Under the pieces are notes generated by a model. It searched no databases, was not told where the DNA came from, and saw only the letters and a list, made by a program, of their open reading frames with translations. Shown here piece by piece: positions 1-13,088 of a DNA stretch of 64,000 bases. The stretch spans positions 1 to 64,000 of the forward strand of contig NIVC01003470.1 of assembly GCA_002269645.1 (NCBI GenBank), read 5' to 3'. A program made the translations under genes and the position numbers. How positions within the stretch are numbered: the stretch's first letter is position 1; each line of letters opens with the position of its first letter. The DNA is from Macrostomum lignano. Taxonomy: Eukaryota.

Positions 1-2212
1 GCACTAGAATCCATATCAATGGCACTAGAATCCCATAACAATGGCACTAGAATCCCATATCAATGGCACTAGAATCCCATAACAATGGCATTAGAATCCC
101 AGAGAAATGGCACTAGAATCCCATAAATGGCACTAGTAGAATCCCATAACAATGGCACTAGAATCCCATAAATTGGCACTAGTAGAATCCCATAACAATG
201 GCACTAGAATCCATAACAATGGCACTAGAAGCCCAGAGAAATGCACTAGAATCCCATAACAATGGCACTAGAATCCCTAACAATGTCACTAGAAGCCCAG
301 AGAAATGGCACTAGAATCCCATAACAATGGCACTAGAATCCCAGAAGAAATGGCACTAGAATCACATAACAATGGCACTAGAATCCCATAACAATGGCAT
401 TAGAATCTCATAACAATGGCACTAGAATCCCATAGAAATGGCACTAGAATCATAACAATGGCATTAGAATCCCATAACAATGGCACTAGAATCCCATAGA
501 AATGGCACTAGAATCCCATAACAATGGCATTAGAATCCCATAACAATGGCACTAGAATCCCATAGAAATGGCACTAGAATCCCATAACAATGGCATTAGA
601 ATCCCATAACAATGGCACTAGAATCCCATAACAATGGCACTAGAATCCCATAACAATGGCACTAGAATCTCATAACAATGGCACTAGAATCCCATAACAA
701 TGGCACTAGAATCCCATAACAATGGCACTAGAATCCCATAACAATGGCACTAGAATCCCATAACAATGGCACTAGAATCCCATAACAATGGCACTAGAAT
801 CCCATAAGAATGGCATTAGAATCCCATAACAATGGCACTAGAATCCCATAGAAATGGCACTAGAATCCCATAACAATGGCACTAGAATCCCATAACAATG
901 GCACTAGAATCCCATAACAATGGCATTAGAATCCCATAACAATGGCACTAGAATCATACAATGGCACTAGAATCCCATAACAATGGCATTAGAATCCCAT
1001 AACAATGGCACTAGAATCCCATAACAATGGCACTAGAATCCCATAACAATGGCACTAGAATCACATAACAATGGCACTAGAATCCCAATAGAAATGGCAC
1101 TAGAATCCAATAGAATGGCACTAGAATCCCATAACAATGGCATTAGAATCCCATAACAATGGCACTAGAATCCCATAGAAATGGCACTAGAATCCCATAA
1201 CAATGGCATTAGAATCCCATAACAATGGCACTAGAATCCCATAACAATGGCACTAGAATCCCATAACAATGGCACTAGAATCCCATAACAATGGCACTAG
1301 AATCCCATAACAATGGCACTAGAATCCCATAACAATGGCACTAGAATCCCATAACAATGGCACTAGAATCCCATAACAATGGCACTAGAATCCCATAACA
1401 ATGGCACTAGAATCCCATAAGAATGGCATTAGAATCCCATAACAATGGCACTAGAATCCCATAAAATGGCACTAGAATCCCATAACAATGGCACTAGAAT
1501 CCATAACAATGGCACTAGAATCCCATAACAATGGCATTAGAATCCCATAACAATGGCACTAGAATCCCATATCAATGGCACTAGAATCCCATAACAATGG
1601 CACTAGAATCACATAACAATGGCACTAGAATCCAATAGAATGGCACTAGAATCCAATAGAATGCACTAGAATCCCATAACAATGGCATTAGAATCCCATA
1701 ACAATGGCACTAGAATCCTATAGAAATGGCACTAGAATCCCATAACAATGGCACTAGAATCCCATAACAATGGCACTGGAATCCTATAGAAATGGCACTA
1801 GAATCACATAACAATGGCACTAGAATCCCATAACAATGGCACTAGAATCCTATAGAAATGGCACTAGAATCACATAACAATGGCATTAGAATCCATAACA
1901 ATGGCACTAGAATCCCATAACAATGGCACTAGAATCCCATAACAATGGCACTAGAATCACATAACAATGGCACTAGAATCCAATAGAATGGCACTAGAAT
2001 CCAATAGAATGGCACTAGAATCCCATAACAATGGCATTAGAATCCCATAACAATGGCACTAGAATCCTATAGAAATGGCACTAGAATCCCATAACAATGG
2101 CACTAGAATCCCATAACAATGGCACTGGAATCCTATAGAAATGGCACTAGAATCACATAACAATGGCACTAGAATCCCATAACAATGGCACTAGAATCCT
2201 ATAGAAATGGCA
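1..2212. repeat. 22-bp minisatellite array, about 100 units, consensus AATGGCACTAGAATCCCATAAC; probably continues upstream of the window
   Basis: Directly visible tandem repetition from base 1 to about 2212, with recurrent variants (CATTAG, CATAGAAATGG, CCTATAG, CACATAAC). Confidence 0.98.
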
Positions 2213-2749
2213 TCGTTCAAACGCAGAAGTGCGTCCAAAACAGCTTTGGTTCCTGAGTGCTTGGATCTATAATTTTGCTTGTTTCTTTACTTCCATTTTT
2301 TATTTCCTGACTGCAGTTGCTCCTGCGCTCCTTTAGCTTTGGTCTGACCAGTTGTCTTGATTTCCGCGTTTAAGCGCGGTGCCTCATTGACTTGTGACTT
2401 GTGGTGATTTACCAGTGGTGCAGCTTTCCCTCTATCTACCTATAGTAAATCTGAGTTGTTACAAAATTAAATGGACACAGAGTGCTGTACGAATGTACAT
2501 GAACACGCCAGGGAGTAGTACACAGTCTAGCCAGTAGACAAGCATTTGACATTGCAGTGTGCGGTACGCATACATGCTTTACAATAGCGTACCAGCAGCT
2601 GTAAAAGCGTGCATTTGTCTCCTAAATGTATTGGGCCTTCCGACTAGCTATCTGCATGGTCAGTGATACACATTAGATGAACGGTTTTCTGCGTCACCTT
2701 GGAGAATTCAGTAAGCGTAGTCAGCATTGTCCATCGCAACACTTTGCGG

Positions 2750-5700
2750 CTAGAGGCATTTGTGAACAACGGTCTCAGTCTGGCAAACCTGGCAGCGAAC
2801 CTCGCAGCACCAGTGAAATCTGCAGTGGCACTTGTGCTGCAGTACCACCTTCTCTGATACGTGGCCGCGGCCGCAGCACAAGCTGCCGCAGGACTGGCCG
2901 CCTGAGCTCTCAAGGCTGCACTCCCGACCCTCGGTGCCAAGCGAGCCTCGACGAATCTGCGTGGTTAAAGGCGGAATGAGTCATCTAGGTTTCTGCAAAC
3001 TTGACGTTCAGACAAAATATGCAACTTTTCACACACATTGCGGCTGCAGTAGGACGGGCTGCGCTGCCAGAACACAAGCTCAGCGGGGTGCACTGGCTGA
3101 TGAGTCCGCCTGTGCAGAAGCCGGCGGCTTCTCCATCGGCGACTAACTTTCACGGCTGAGTCGTAGCGCATGCGCAGCGCGGCGGAGATCTCTAGCATGC
3201 TGGGCACCACGCGCCAGCAAGAGCGGAGAGAGCACGACCCACTGATGCCGTGACAGCGACAGACTGTCTTCACGCCTGATCTAACCACCTGTTTTCATAG
3301 AGGCCATCATGGGAGAAATTGAGTCAGTCCTATTGATCTGTCAACAGTAGCGAGCAGCTGTATACAAGATCTACCATCCGATACAAACTACATTGAATGC
3401 TGTTTATGTAGTGCGAGATGTGTTCATGCGTCAGTTAGCTCCTTGCACGCACGTGTTATATTTTAGGTTGTTTTTGCTCTGGATGTCCAAAATTACATAA
3501 ATTACTCTAAGAGCTGGTGACGAAGGCGCACTACCCACCAGTCTTCCTGCGCCATTGTTATGCAGCAGGCTCAGCATGCGCAGCTTCTTTCTACGCCGTC
3601 GCTTCCGCTCTCGACGTGTCAGGTTGACTTCTCGCAGGCGAACTGTTGTGCCAAGGGCGGTGGCATCCATGAACCGCGCTGCCAGCCGGTCCCCGTCGTA
3701 TATGTTGTCGCTGCAGCCGGACCAGTGGTAAACCTTCTCTGGTGCCTCCTCTGTTGGGGGCAGCAGGTGCGGATCGCTTGGCCTCGGCGGCTCGGCCATG
3801 TGCCGGGCACAACTGCAGACCGTCATGTTGCCTGAAGTCCAAAAGTTGAAAGATTCAACGGTTAGAAATACCATTAGTCATTTTCCCGCAAAATTTTCAC
3901 TTAGGGGATCACGGACTCAAAGAAAAATCTTCCAGGATTTTGAAAATTTCCTGTCCCTAATCCCAGCAAGCATATAGCCGAGCCCAGCAGGGATATCAGA
4001 ATGTCAAGCACAAACAGTTTTTCAGTCTAGCTCAGCTTCGGGGCTTTGCACACGACAGAGCAATCGAAACTTTTGTCTAAATGATGTAATGAGAAGCTAG
4101 TCTGTGTACTTTACACCGTATTTAGACCACGCCTGCTAATCTCGCATTCTATACGAATGAACGCAAATTACTACTCTTGCACCAGTAGCAAGGAAAGCTA
4201 CGTATATATTCACTGTATGTCACAGCATTTCTACACGCTCGTTAATGACGTCCCTGAATTCAGGCATTTATAAATGGCCTTACCGAGGCTGCATGCCTTA
4301 GCGATGGAATGCGTGACTCCGGCTGATGTGACGGCCTGCACGAATGCCGTCTCCCTGGTTGACCGGCGCAGCCCAAACCGAATCGCGTCACTTCGCTGTG
4401 AGCAGTTCCAGCGGGTCACCTGAAACTCGCGGGCGCAGTGCATCAGCGAGCCGTGCACTCCCATTCGAATGTGGGGCATGAGATCCTGCTGCCGACGACA
4501 AAAGTTGCGTTGCAGCGGGTGCAGATCGCGGCAGGCCGCCTCCTGCGACTCTACAGTGGCCTGGTCAGCTGCATCCTGGAGAAACTGGGGAGGCAGTCTG
4601 AAAAGAGCGGATAAAGAGGGCTGTCTAGATAGATATTTTGAGCGCAAGTGCATCTGAGACTCCGCGAAAAGATTTTGTGCAAATTGCTTTCCATAAAGAG
4701 TTTGCATTAACTCGCTCGAACAACAAGTCGACTTTAAGACGGACAACGAGCCAGCCAAAAACTCGAGATACGTATCTCCACACCGGCCTGGGCCCATCTA
4801 AGCGACCTGTGGCACCTTCGCGGACTCAAGTTGGCAGGTGACTCCATTTTGCTGGCCCACACTCAGATGCGCCGGACCCCCTACCGTGAAGCCAGAAGCA
4901 TACACTGATCAGGCGTTTTGCCTGCTTGCTGACACCGGTGCCCAGATTCTGTCGGCAGCGCGGCTGACTGAATAAAAGATCACACAGCTGCAGGCCCCAG
5001 GCCCGAGGCGCTCCATAAGACAGCTCTTTATTGGCCTTTAAAAAACATTTTTTGTTTCAGTCATATTGTTTTTGTGTAATAAGATGCAGTTTTCCCATTG
5101 TTTAATACAATAATAATTGTAACTCTCTCTGAAAGACGAATGACAGCTGCTAAAATTATCAGTGAACTGCAGAAGGCCATTCGCACTATTAGTCTCCCTC
5201 AACTACATGTAGAGCAGCAATTATTTTTTGCTTAGTAAAGTAATTGACCATAAGAATATAAGGTCGACACAAAGAATTTCGGTGCAGTAAAGGACAACGG
5301 ACCGAGCGCGAAAGTCCTACCGCGAAGCGACTTACAGCTGAGAGGTTCGAATCTTGGGAGAAGGATCTCATTGCGCTTCACCTTTCAGCCCAACAGACTC
5401 GGCCTTCTCAAATGAATTCGAGAGCAGCTGTGTGATCTAGTGAGATGCAGTGAGAGCTAGGCTAATCATATGCAGGGTCATTGCTGCGGACACACAAATG
5501 ACTAAATTTCCTTTCGAGATTCCCGTGCCGCCATTCAGACTGCGGCGGAGTATTTTTATCGTTCCCTTCTGCAACGGACGGCCCACACAAGTTTTCTTTT
5601 AACTGCATTCTGCTGCCTGACCCAGATTTAAGGACACTTGGAGAAAATGAAAATACTGACCCTCTCCTAGACTCCGTTATATTCAAAGCCATTCAGCCAG

Positions 5701-6660
5701 TTTAATTTTCACCGTTAGCATTGCTAAGTTTTTTAGATGAAGATGCAGAAAAAATTGAATAACTGACTAGTCCATTTCCACCGTTCTAGCATTTCAGGCT
5801 TCCGTAACTTTAAAGTCTTATTTTATAATGAAATTAAACCTGTCAACAAGCATTTTCTACTGCTGGTAAGGAGTTGAAGAAAGGGTTTGTACAGAAAATT
5901 AATGTGCCAGGTGCTGCAAGTTCTCATGGATGTCGGCACAATGAAAGTTTTAAAATGGCGATATCTATATTTGATTATGTGCAGATAAAAAATAACTGTT
6001 CCAAGTTTTGTTGCCGGCAGTCGATTGCGAAAATCAATTTTGTTTTTATAGAAAGTGAGTTCGTTTTCAGGCCTGCGTACATGTACTATGCCATTGTTTC
6101 TCAATGGTCGGTGCAGCAATGTATTGATAGTATGGAACGATTCCAGAACGCTAGCGAAGGCAAACGCTTTTGACGCACGAGTTAGCGTTCATGAATCTCG
6201 TTCTTATTTGATTCTATTTTAATCATAGATCATGCAGTTAAACCAGAGACAAAATAAAGTCTGAACGATCGGGAGTGCAAGATTGACAATTCTGCACGCA
6301 GAATCAAATAACAATGTAACCGGAGCGCGTCTGGTTCGTGCAGTCACGCCCATAGACACTCGTGCTTTAGCGTCACTGCACTCCCAGCCGTGCTCATTGC
6401 TTGGTGCCTCATTGTTTAGCAATTTGACGATCATTATTCACATTTTTAATGCATAACAATCCATTACTACAAACAATGGATATGTGAATGGATCGTCACA
6501 TATGTGACGATCATATGTGAATAATGATTGCTAAACAGCTACACGTAAATGAAAGACTGCTAAGAACTCACGAAAATCCACTGCATGAGGTGCATTGAAG
6601 CATCAGCTGCAACAGCAGTGACAACAGCAGAAGCGACGGCAGATTTTGAGCGTGAAGCAT
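2750..6660 (-). CDS. wnt: Wnt family ligand (Wnt4/Wnt11-like), 5 coding exons, about 384 aa
   Basis: Exons on the minus strand: 6660-6572 (signal peptide MLHAQNLPSLLLLSLLLQLMLQCTSCSGF, donor TC|GTGAGT), 4597-4284, 3831-3539, 3288-3037, 2956-2750. All introns are GT-AG with matching phases; total 1155 nt. Wnt motifs: RWNCS, RETAFVQAVTSAGV, WSGCSDN, LHNNGAGR, CRCHGISGSC (acylated Ser), SPSYC, CCGRG, CHCRFHWCCEVRC. An alternative in-frame ATG lies at 6693. The subfamily call is tentative. Confidence 0.93.
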
Positions 6661-8254
6661 CGAGACGCTAGCGCAGGTGCGCTGAGAGCCCATGCCTGGG
6701 CAGTCGACTCGACAGTCAGCGCCAGGAGGACCTGCTGAGGGTCGTGTGCCTTCTGTCTTGTCTTGGCTGGAATATGGCCAAGTGGTGATCCTCTTGTTGA
6801 TGCTGGAATGGTCTGCAGAGCACAGCAATAAGTAGTAACACTCCTGAAGAGGGCTGAAGATAAAATACCGAGACGGAAGCGGCAGGAATGACCGATGACA
6901 CTTCAGTCAGCAGCGAAGTGTGGGCTAAGAGATGTGACCAGCGCCAATTTACACGCATCTGTTGCTGCTTGCAATGGGCGCTTCAATCTGAGGTGTCACC
7001 TTTTTGAATCTGCCATTTCTTTTTCTTGCCCCTCAGAATGCAGCTACGATTGGTCCAGTGGCGCCATTCGTCACGCAAACCAACGACAGCCTTTACGTTG
7101 GTGTCTCACCCTGTGCTGGGCAGAAATGATTGATGAGGCCTCATCAGTGTTTGAATTTTCCAGAATTTTCTTGCTGATGTCCTACGGCACCCAAGGTCCA
7201 GATTCTATAAAAGGTAACACAAGAGATCCCACCTAACTGCAATTAGGGGTGATTAGCTGGGCACACCATTTAAGCATTAATCCTCCATCCGGAAACCTCG
7301 ATTGATGGGAGTTCAGTTGAAGTCCTAATCTGCGCACTGAGGTCCCATAGAATTTTTGATATTTCTAAAAGCGATTTTTTATCCTGCTAAATTGTAAATA
7401 AAGTCATATACATGTATGTCAAAGCCTCAAAGAATTCTAATTCTAGGATAATGTCAGTGTGACAACGATAAGAATTTTGGGCGCCTCCCAATGCGAAGAC
7501 GGCGCTCTTGATGTTAAAAGTTTTACAAGCTAATTTAAGATTCCTAACAACTCCTTCAGGATTCCCTCAAACTGGAGCTCTTTAAATCATTTTTGCCATG
7601 TAAGCAAGATTCTAGTAGCGCAGCACAATGTGGCTTCCAATAAACAGGCCTCGCTGGTAGACCGCGGCTGTAAGACAAATTTAGTGGCTGCACGGGAGAG
7701 AAAGCATATAATACATGTATTACTTTAAACTTTAATGTGCATGTATAATAATGACAACAGCAAAGCACGAATACATTTTTTGCAATAGAGACTGAAATAT
7801 TGGAAATATATTGGATGGCAGCATCCATAAATTACACCGAAAAGAAAGAGATAGCTTCTTCAGCTCTCATGTCATAAACTATTTTGCTTTCAGACGAATG
7901 CAAGCACACCGTTGCAAATAATCAACAAGCACCACTGCATGGAACATAGACGAAATACGCAGTAAAAGGATACGAGCGTGGGTATTGCGATCCCACAGCC
8001 TTTATCACTTGTCTATCCCCATGCACTAGTTTTGGTAGCTAACGGGATACTCAGAATATTCTGCGTAAAGAATATTATTCTATTATTCTTTTATTGTCCC
8101 TGACGTTCAGGGTAATGGATAAATAATCTGCGGTCCCAGTGCGTGACAACGTGGGGCTTAGACATGCATTGTTTGTAGTAATGTATTATTGTTCTGCATA
8201 AAAAATGCGAATAATGATAGTCAAATTGCTAAGCAATGATAATATACTACGAGT

Positions 8255-8355
8255 AATATTGATGGGCTGCAGAGGGCAAAAACGAGCTATAACGCCGAGG
8301 CGCGTAGCGCCGAGGAGTGTTAGCTCGTTTCTGCCCGATGCAGCTCATCCATATT
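8255..8355. repeat. 101-bp imperfect palindrome with a central CCGAGG-GCGTAGC-CCGAGG core
   Basis: The left arm AATATTGATGGGCTGCAGAGGGCAAAAACGAGCTA matches the reverse complement of the right arm, AATATGGATGAGCTGCATCGGGCAGAAACGAGCTA, with about 5 mismatches. Confidence 0.8.
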
Positions 8356-9678
8356 AGTGTTACAGTTAGCGGGCGTTTCACGGCCCACTGAGACTGTCTA
8401 TGGTAAAATCCCATTTACGAGTATTCCAATGCATTCAGTCGGTTTCACGGCCCACTGAAAATGTCTATGGCAAAGTCAGAAGAAAGCGGGGTCAAGGGGC
8501 GCTGAGCCCCCTTGCGGAGCCCCCTTTGCACACCAGCACTCTAGAGAAAGAAAGAATGAATGAATCTAAAAAAATATATATGGCCAAAATTCCTTATTTT
8601 GCGAATTTAAATAATAGTAACTGATTTTAAGCATTATTAAGCAGTACTAAGCTTTACTTTCAAAATATAACGTTACAAGTTGTAGAAACATTAACTAGAT
8701 ACTTATACCGGTATGCATACGAGCTTTTTTACTTACTGAAGTCGGCCATAGATAATTGCAGCGGGCAGGATGCTGTGTGTTTCATCCCGTTTCATCACGC
8801 CTAGGTTAACTATAATGGTTGGTTATTCGTGAGACTTTAGGATAACCGCATTGTTGAACTTCAGTGGGGCCATAGACAGAAAGGGCATCGAAAGGAGAGA
8901 GGGGTTACCGAGGAGAGAGACATAAAGACTGAGGTGGTTTACTGGAGTTTGGGCCATAGACGACGAAGTGGCAAACAGGCCGGGGTTAAGAGGGTGGAAA
9001 GAAGATGTGGAGAGAAAGAGAGAATCTAGGAAACGCCTACTATTCTATGGCCCAGTTTTATGCATGGATAAAGGAAAAGGAGTAATGGAATCAATGCTGA
9101 TGAGCCATTTTTTGACCTTCGAATTTGACCCCTGTCTGTCACAGAACTAAAGACCCAGGATATATTTGAGTGTCCGGGGTTCCGAGTGTCAAAAAAGCAT
9201 GAATACAGGGCTGCATACTAGTGACTCACATTAGTAATCATTTTTCTTCATCCGTACTTTGAGTCCTTGAGAAGCGGTCATGTGGAATGCGATGAATGCT
9301 GAGGCGAAGCCGTTGCGAGCGGAAAGTCCGAAAGACGGCCAAGATGATCTACAATAAGATAGCACATCAGTGGCAGTGGCATGTGTACGGAGCATTGCAG
9401 ACTGGCTGCAATTGTGTTGAGTGATTTTGTCGGATCGGCATGCTGATGTAGAAGCTAAAATTCAATGGGTGGCAATCCAAACTGAAGATTTTTACGACTC
9501 GGCTGCGCTGAGAACTGAATTCCAAGCACGTACCATGTTTAAAGGTTAGCTTCAGAATCATCAGGTTCTCGCTCTTCCCTGAGTGATTCAGATCGGATGA
9601 AGCGTTAATAATCAGTCAAATAATTATGGACACAGGAATATTTATTGAATCATTGATGGAATTTTAAATAGACGATAT

Positions 9679-10000
9679 TGTAGCTCGTGTAGCTCCGATC
9701 CTACGCCGAGACCTGTACCCTGGAAAAGCAGCTGGACGCTGCGCTGTGCGTGCGCTGCGGCCCGGACTCTGAGACCAACGTCGCGCTAGGGCCCGCCTAA
9801 CGCGGCCTTCTGACCTGCTGCGCGAGAGATGACTCAGGCTGACTAGCCACGTCATCATCCGGTCGGAGTCGCTGTAGCGAGCCATTCATTACACGACAGT
9901 TGTTGTTGTGGACGGCGTGTAGGGTCCGCGGAGACGAGGCCAAGGACAAACGACGCGCTACCCCGAGCTGCTCCTGTGTCCTGACATCCCCCTTGTGGCC
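9679..10000 (-). mobile_element. Possible 3' LTR fragment of an LTR retrotransposon (alternatively a CpG-rich enhancer)
   Basis: On the minus strand, a polypurine AAGGGGGA (9994-9987) directly precedes TGTCAGGA, and the CpG-rich block ends in ...GCTACA at 9679. No partner LTR, TSD or clear polyA signal was found. Confidence 0.3.
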
Positions 10001-10314
10001 GGCGAGGTGTTTTTGTTGTTGTAGCCAAATAATTTTATCAGCTTAGAACGATTAATGTTCGTGAGACAAATATAAGCGTTGCATTTACACAGGTTTTGAA
10101 CTGAGACTCGTAACATTCTACAAGGAACTAACGTCTATGATCAACGTTATCTGCGAATAACGTGATGAAACTGTCGTAGACGAACCAACTTAACATTAAC
10201 AGCTGCAATATTCTATATTTTAGGGTATCAAGGTGCAACCGCAAACATGCACATGTACACATGCAACATTTAAGACGACCTGTCTTTCGGACAATTGGAA
10301 AAAAGACCAATACT

Positions 10315-10674
10315 CAGGGGCGTCGCCAATGGGGGGGACATGTCCCCCCCCCCAGTAAAAGATCTGGGGGGGGACATGCCAGTGCTTTGTCCCCCCCACC
10401 CCACCTTGTGGCCCGTTGTGGAAATCAATAATTTTGCTGCATGGCGAGAAAACATAGCGCCTACGGCGCTAAAATGAATGACTGCGGCGCAAAATGAATG
10501 ACTGCGGCGCTAAAATGAGTGCCTGCGGCGCTAAAATGAATGACTGCGGCGCTAAAATGGTGCCTGCGGCGCTAACATGAGAGCATGCGGCGCTAAAATG
10601 AGTAGGATGTAGGATTCTGAAATGAAGAATTCTTGGCTGTGCCCCCCACCATAAAATCCATGGTGACGCTACTG
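10315..10674. mobile_element. Non-autonomous TIR element (MITE, hAT- or P-like) with an internal 21-bp tandem repeat
   Basis: TIRs CAGGGGCGTCGCCA and CAGTAGCGTCACCA (11/14 identical). CAATACT is duplicated on both sides (7 bp). About 7 copies of GCGGCGCTAAAATGAATGACT lie at roughly 10464-10602. Confidence 0.7.
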
Positions 10675-13088
10675 CAATACTTGTACACAATCTGTCGAGG
10701 CAAGCTCCAAAAAGATTAAACACGCATTTTGGCGATTTTACTACCTCAATTTACAATTGATTCGTCTGAAAACAAAGGGAATTGCTAATGCTAATGCAAA
10801 GTCTGGGTATAGTTGGTGGATAAAGCGTTCTCGCAGTTCGACTCGCGCAATACAGGACCATTTTATCTCCATGTTCCACGCTTGTAAGTAAGCATAAGCT
10901 TGTCGTCATTCGTGCCAAATCCAGTAGAGTTTGAGACTCAATAGTAAAGACACCGTAACTGACTCTCCAACTCTCGCGCCCAATATTAGACTTGATTACT
11001 GCCAATCTCTCTTGGCTCAAAGTAAAAAATAACCCTAGATTTCGTAGGACAAAGATTGCATCTTTAACATCAGAGTTTCATATAAGAAACTTAGCCACAA
11101 AAAACTGGGCATCAAAAATGAAACCCGCGCATTTAGTTAGTTAGTTAGCTATACAACAGAGAGAAAGAGACCCGCTGCGCCTCCTGCTCTAATCGATTGA
11201 CCAGACACTCAGTACAGACGCAGAGACCCTGCTTGGAATGCTCTGCTGACTGGTTCTGCATGTGCAACCCACTGGGTTTCCTGTACCAAAACATGCCAGA
11301 AGGCCCAAGGCACATGGTGAAGAAGACCCAGCATTCAGATTCAAACTATTTAGCAATAGACTGCTGGTGGGCAGACAGTAGGTACAGAATACGAGCCGTA
11401 GATGTATCAATCGAATGCCTCGAAGTTAAGTTTACCAGCGTCTCTTTGCGAAATGATTAGCTTCGAGCGAAAATAGCATTCGCACAGGAAGTTGCAAGCA
11501 TATGGGCAAACACGATGGACAATAGGGGGAGAAATGCAGGAGTTTGTTTCAGTCATTGTAGACATTAGCAACATTTGGGGCCGCATTGCAGCGATATTGC
11601 TTCTCTTTTTTCCGATTCTCCTCGGGGCAAGAAACCAACGACTTCTGGCAGACAGTTGAAGAAACAAGCTCCGCTTCGCATACCTTGATTGGCAACTCGA
11701 ACAGTAACTGGGAGGGGGGTTCTGGTGACTGGGGCACAAGAGCCTAGGGAGCCATCCGTTCACCTTCAGGCAAAACAATACCACAGTGGATTAATGGCCG
11801 AATTAACCTGGGGCCATATGTCCCGACTAGGTCTAACCTCTGCGGGCCCCACTGGGATGGAAAAGAACAGAATTTTGCACTGCCACCAAAGTTACCACCA
11901 GAAGACCCATGCAAATATTTCCGAATGTCGAAATGATCAAGACTCGAACGAGTTTCCTTCATTTGAATAATAATGTAAGCAATAGTATATTGCGAAGAAA
12001 AATTGCATTATAAAATTTTAGAGAAAAATAGATGCACTCAAAGCGAATCAGTTGAAAATCACTCGCATATGCAGACTTTGTGCATAGGCTAGGGAAGTAC
12101 AGACATCAGCAACATCCGCACGGACAAGAAAGTAAAGCTGTCAACAATAAGCCAGCCAGTTATAATTATAGACATAGACAGAGATTTGTTTGCATCTGGC
12201 ATAGGTTAAAAAATCACAAATATTGTAAAATAAAAGTACAATATACATTTAAAAAAGCAACTATCAGATAGTAAAACTTTAGGACTAGCTAGTGACAGAA
12301 AATAAATATTGAAGTGTGAACTTCAGCAGAACAAGTAGCACACCAGATCTAGTTGGGTTGGGTGTCACAACGTGAAGCGAATAGCAATCATAATAATGCT
12401 CATCGTGTAAAAAATATGCAAATACACTAATTATTGAAATATAAATTGTTGCAGTGCACAGTGTAATTGGCATGAACGAACGGTACGATTAAGAGTAAAA
12501 CAGTGAAATAATAGATGCTCCTGCAATAATAATGCGATTGCAATTGCATGCGGCAATGACAAGGCAGATAAACAGAGCACACTGAAACATGCGAGGGAGA
12601 TTGACATTACTGGATGTTATTAACACGGGAATAAGTGTGAAACCTCAAAAATATATGGAGCAATACTGAAATATCAATGTTGAACAAAATCTGCGTCAAT
12701 AATGATGCATACTGACCCCACTCGATGCTGTTATTTTTCTAATAGTTGTTGCAATCGCAAGGAGTAATGAAGCTGGCACGCACGCACATGACGGCCATAC
12801 TACGAGTAATTTACTAGTCCCTAATTTGCACCAGAATGATATAAAAGCAATCTCCTGCGAACTCTCTTAGCGATAATTATTTTTAAACTTAAATGGCCAC
12901 GCCAAGGTCATGAAAAATCCACACAGGATAATATTCACATCAGTTTTGTTGCAGAATTGAAATTTCAATTTATCAAATATGATATGTATTTCAGACGTAC
13001 TGATAATGTACATGCATAATAGGGCAAATCAAATTAGTTCGGAGTAAAAAATATATGGAAGCGCCAATTGAGACGAGTCGAAACTGAT

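Noticed and set aside
2644-3835. Plus-strand and alternative-frame ORFs over the Wnt exons
   Set aside because: Explained as shadows of the Wnt CDS.
4598-4797. ORF-track start MGPGRCGD... as the Wnt N-terminus
   Set aside because: It has no signal peptide. A strong acceptor at 4598 and a phase-matched signal-peptide exon at 6572-6660 explain the gene better.
8380-9060. Recurrent GTCTATGG/CCATAGAC motifs in both orientations
   Set aside because: Probably fragments of non-autonomous DNA transposons; no ends or TSD could be defined.
11170-11970. Moderately GC-rich block with several 60-125 aa ORFs on both strands
   Set aside because: No recognisable domain, splice structure or TE ends. It may be a decayed TE or UTR; a database search is needed.
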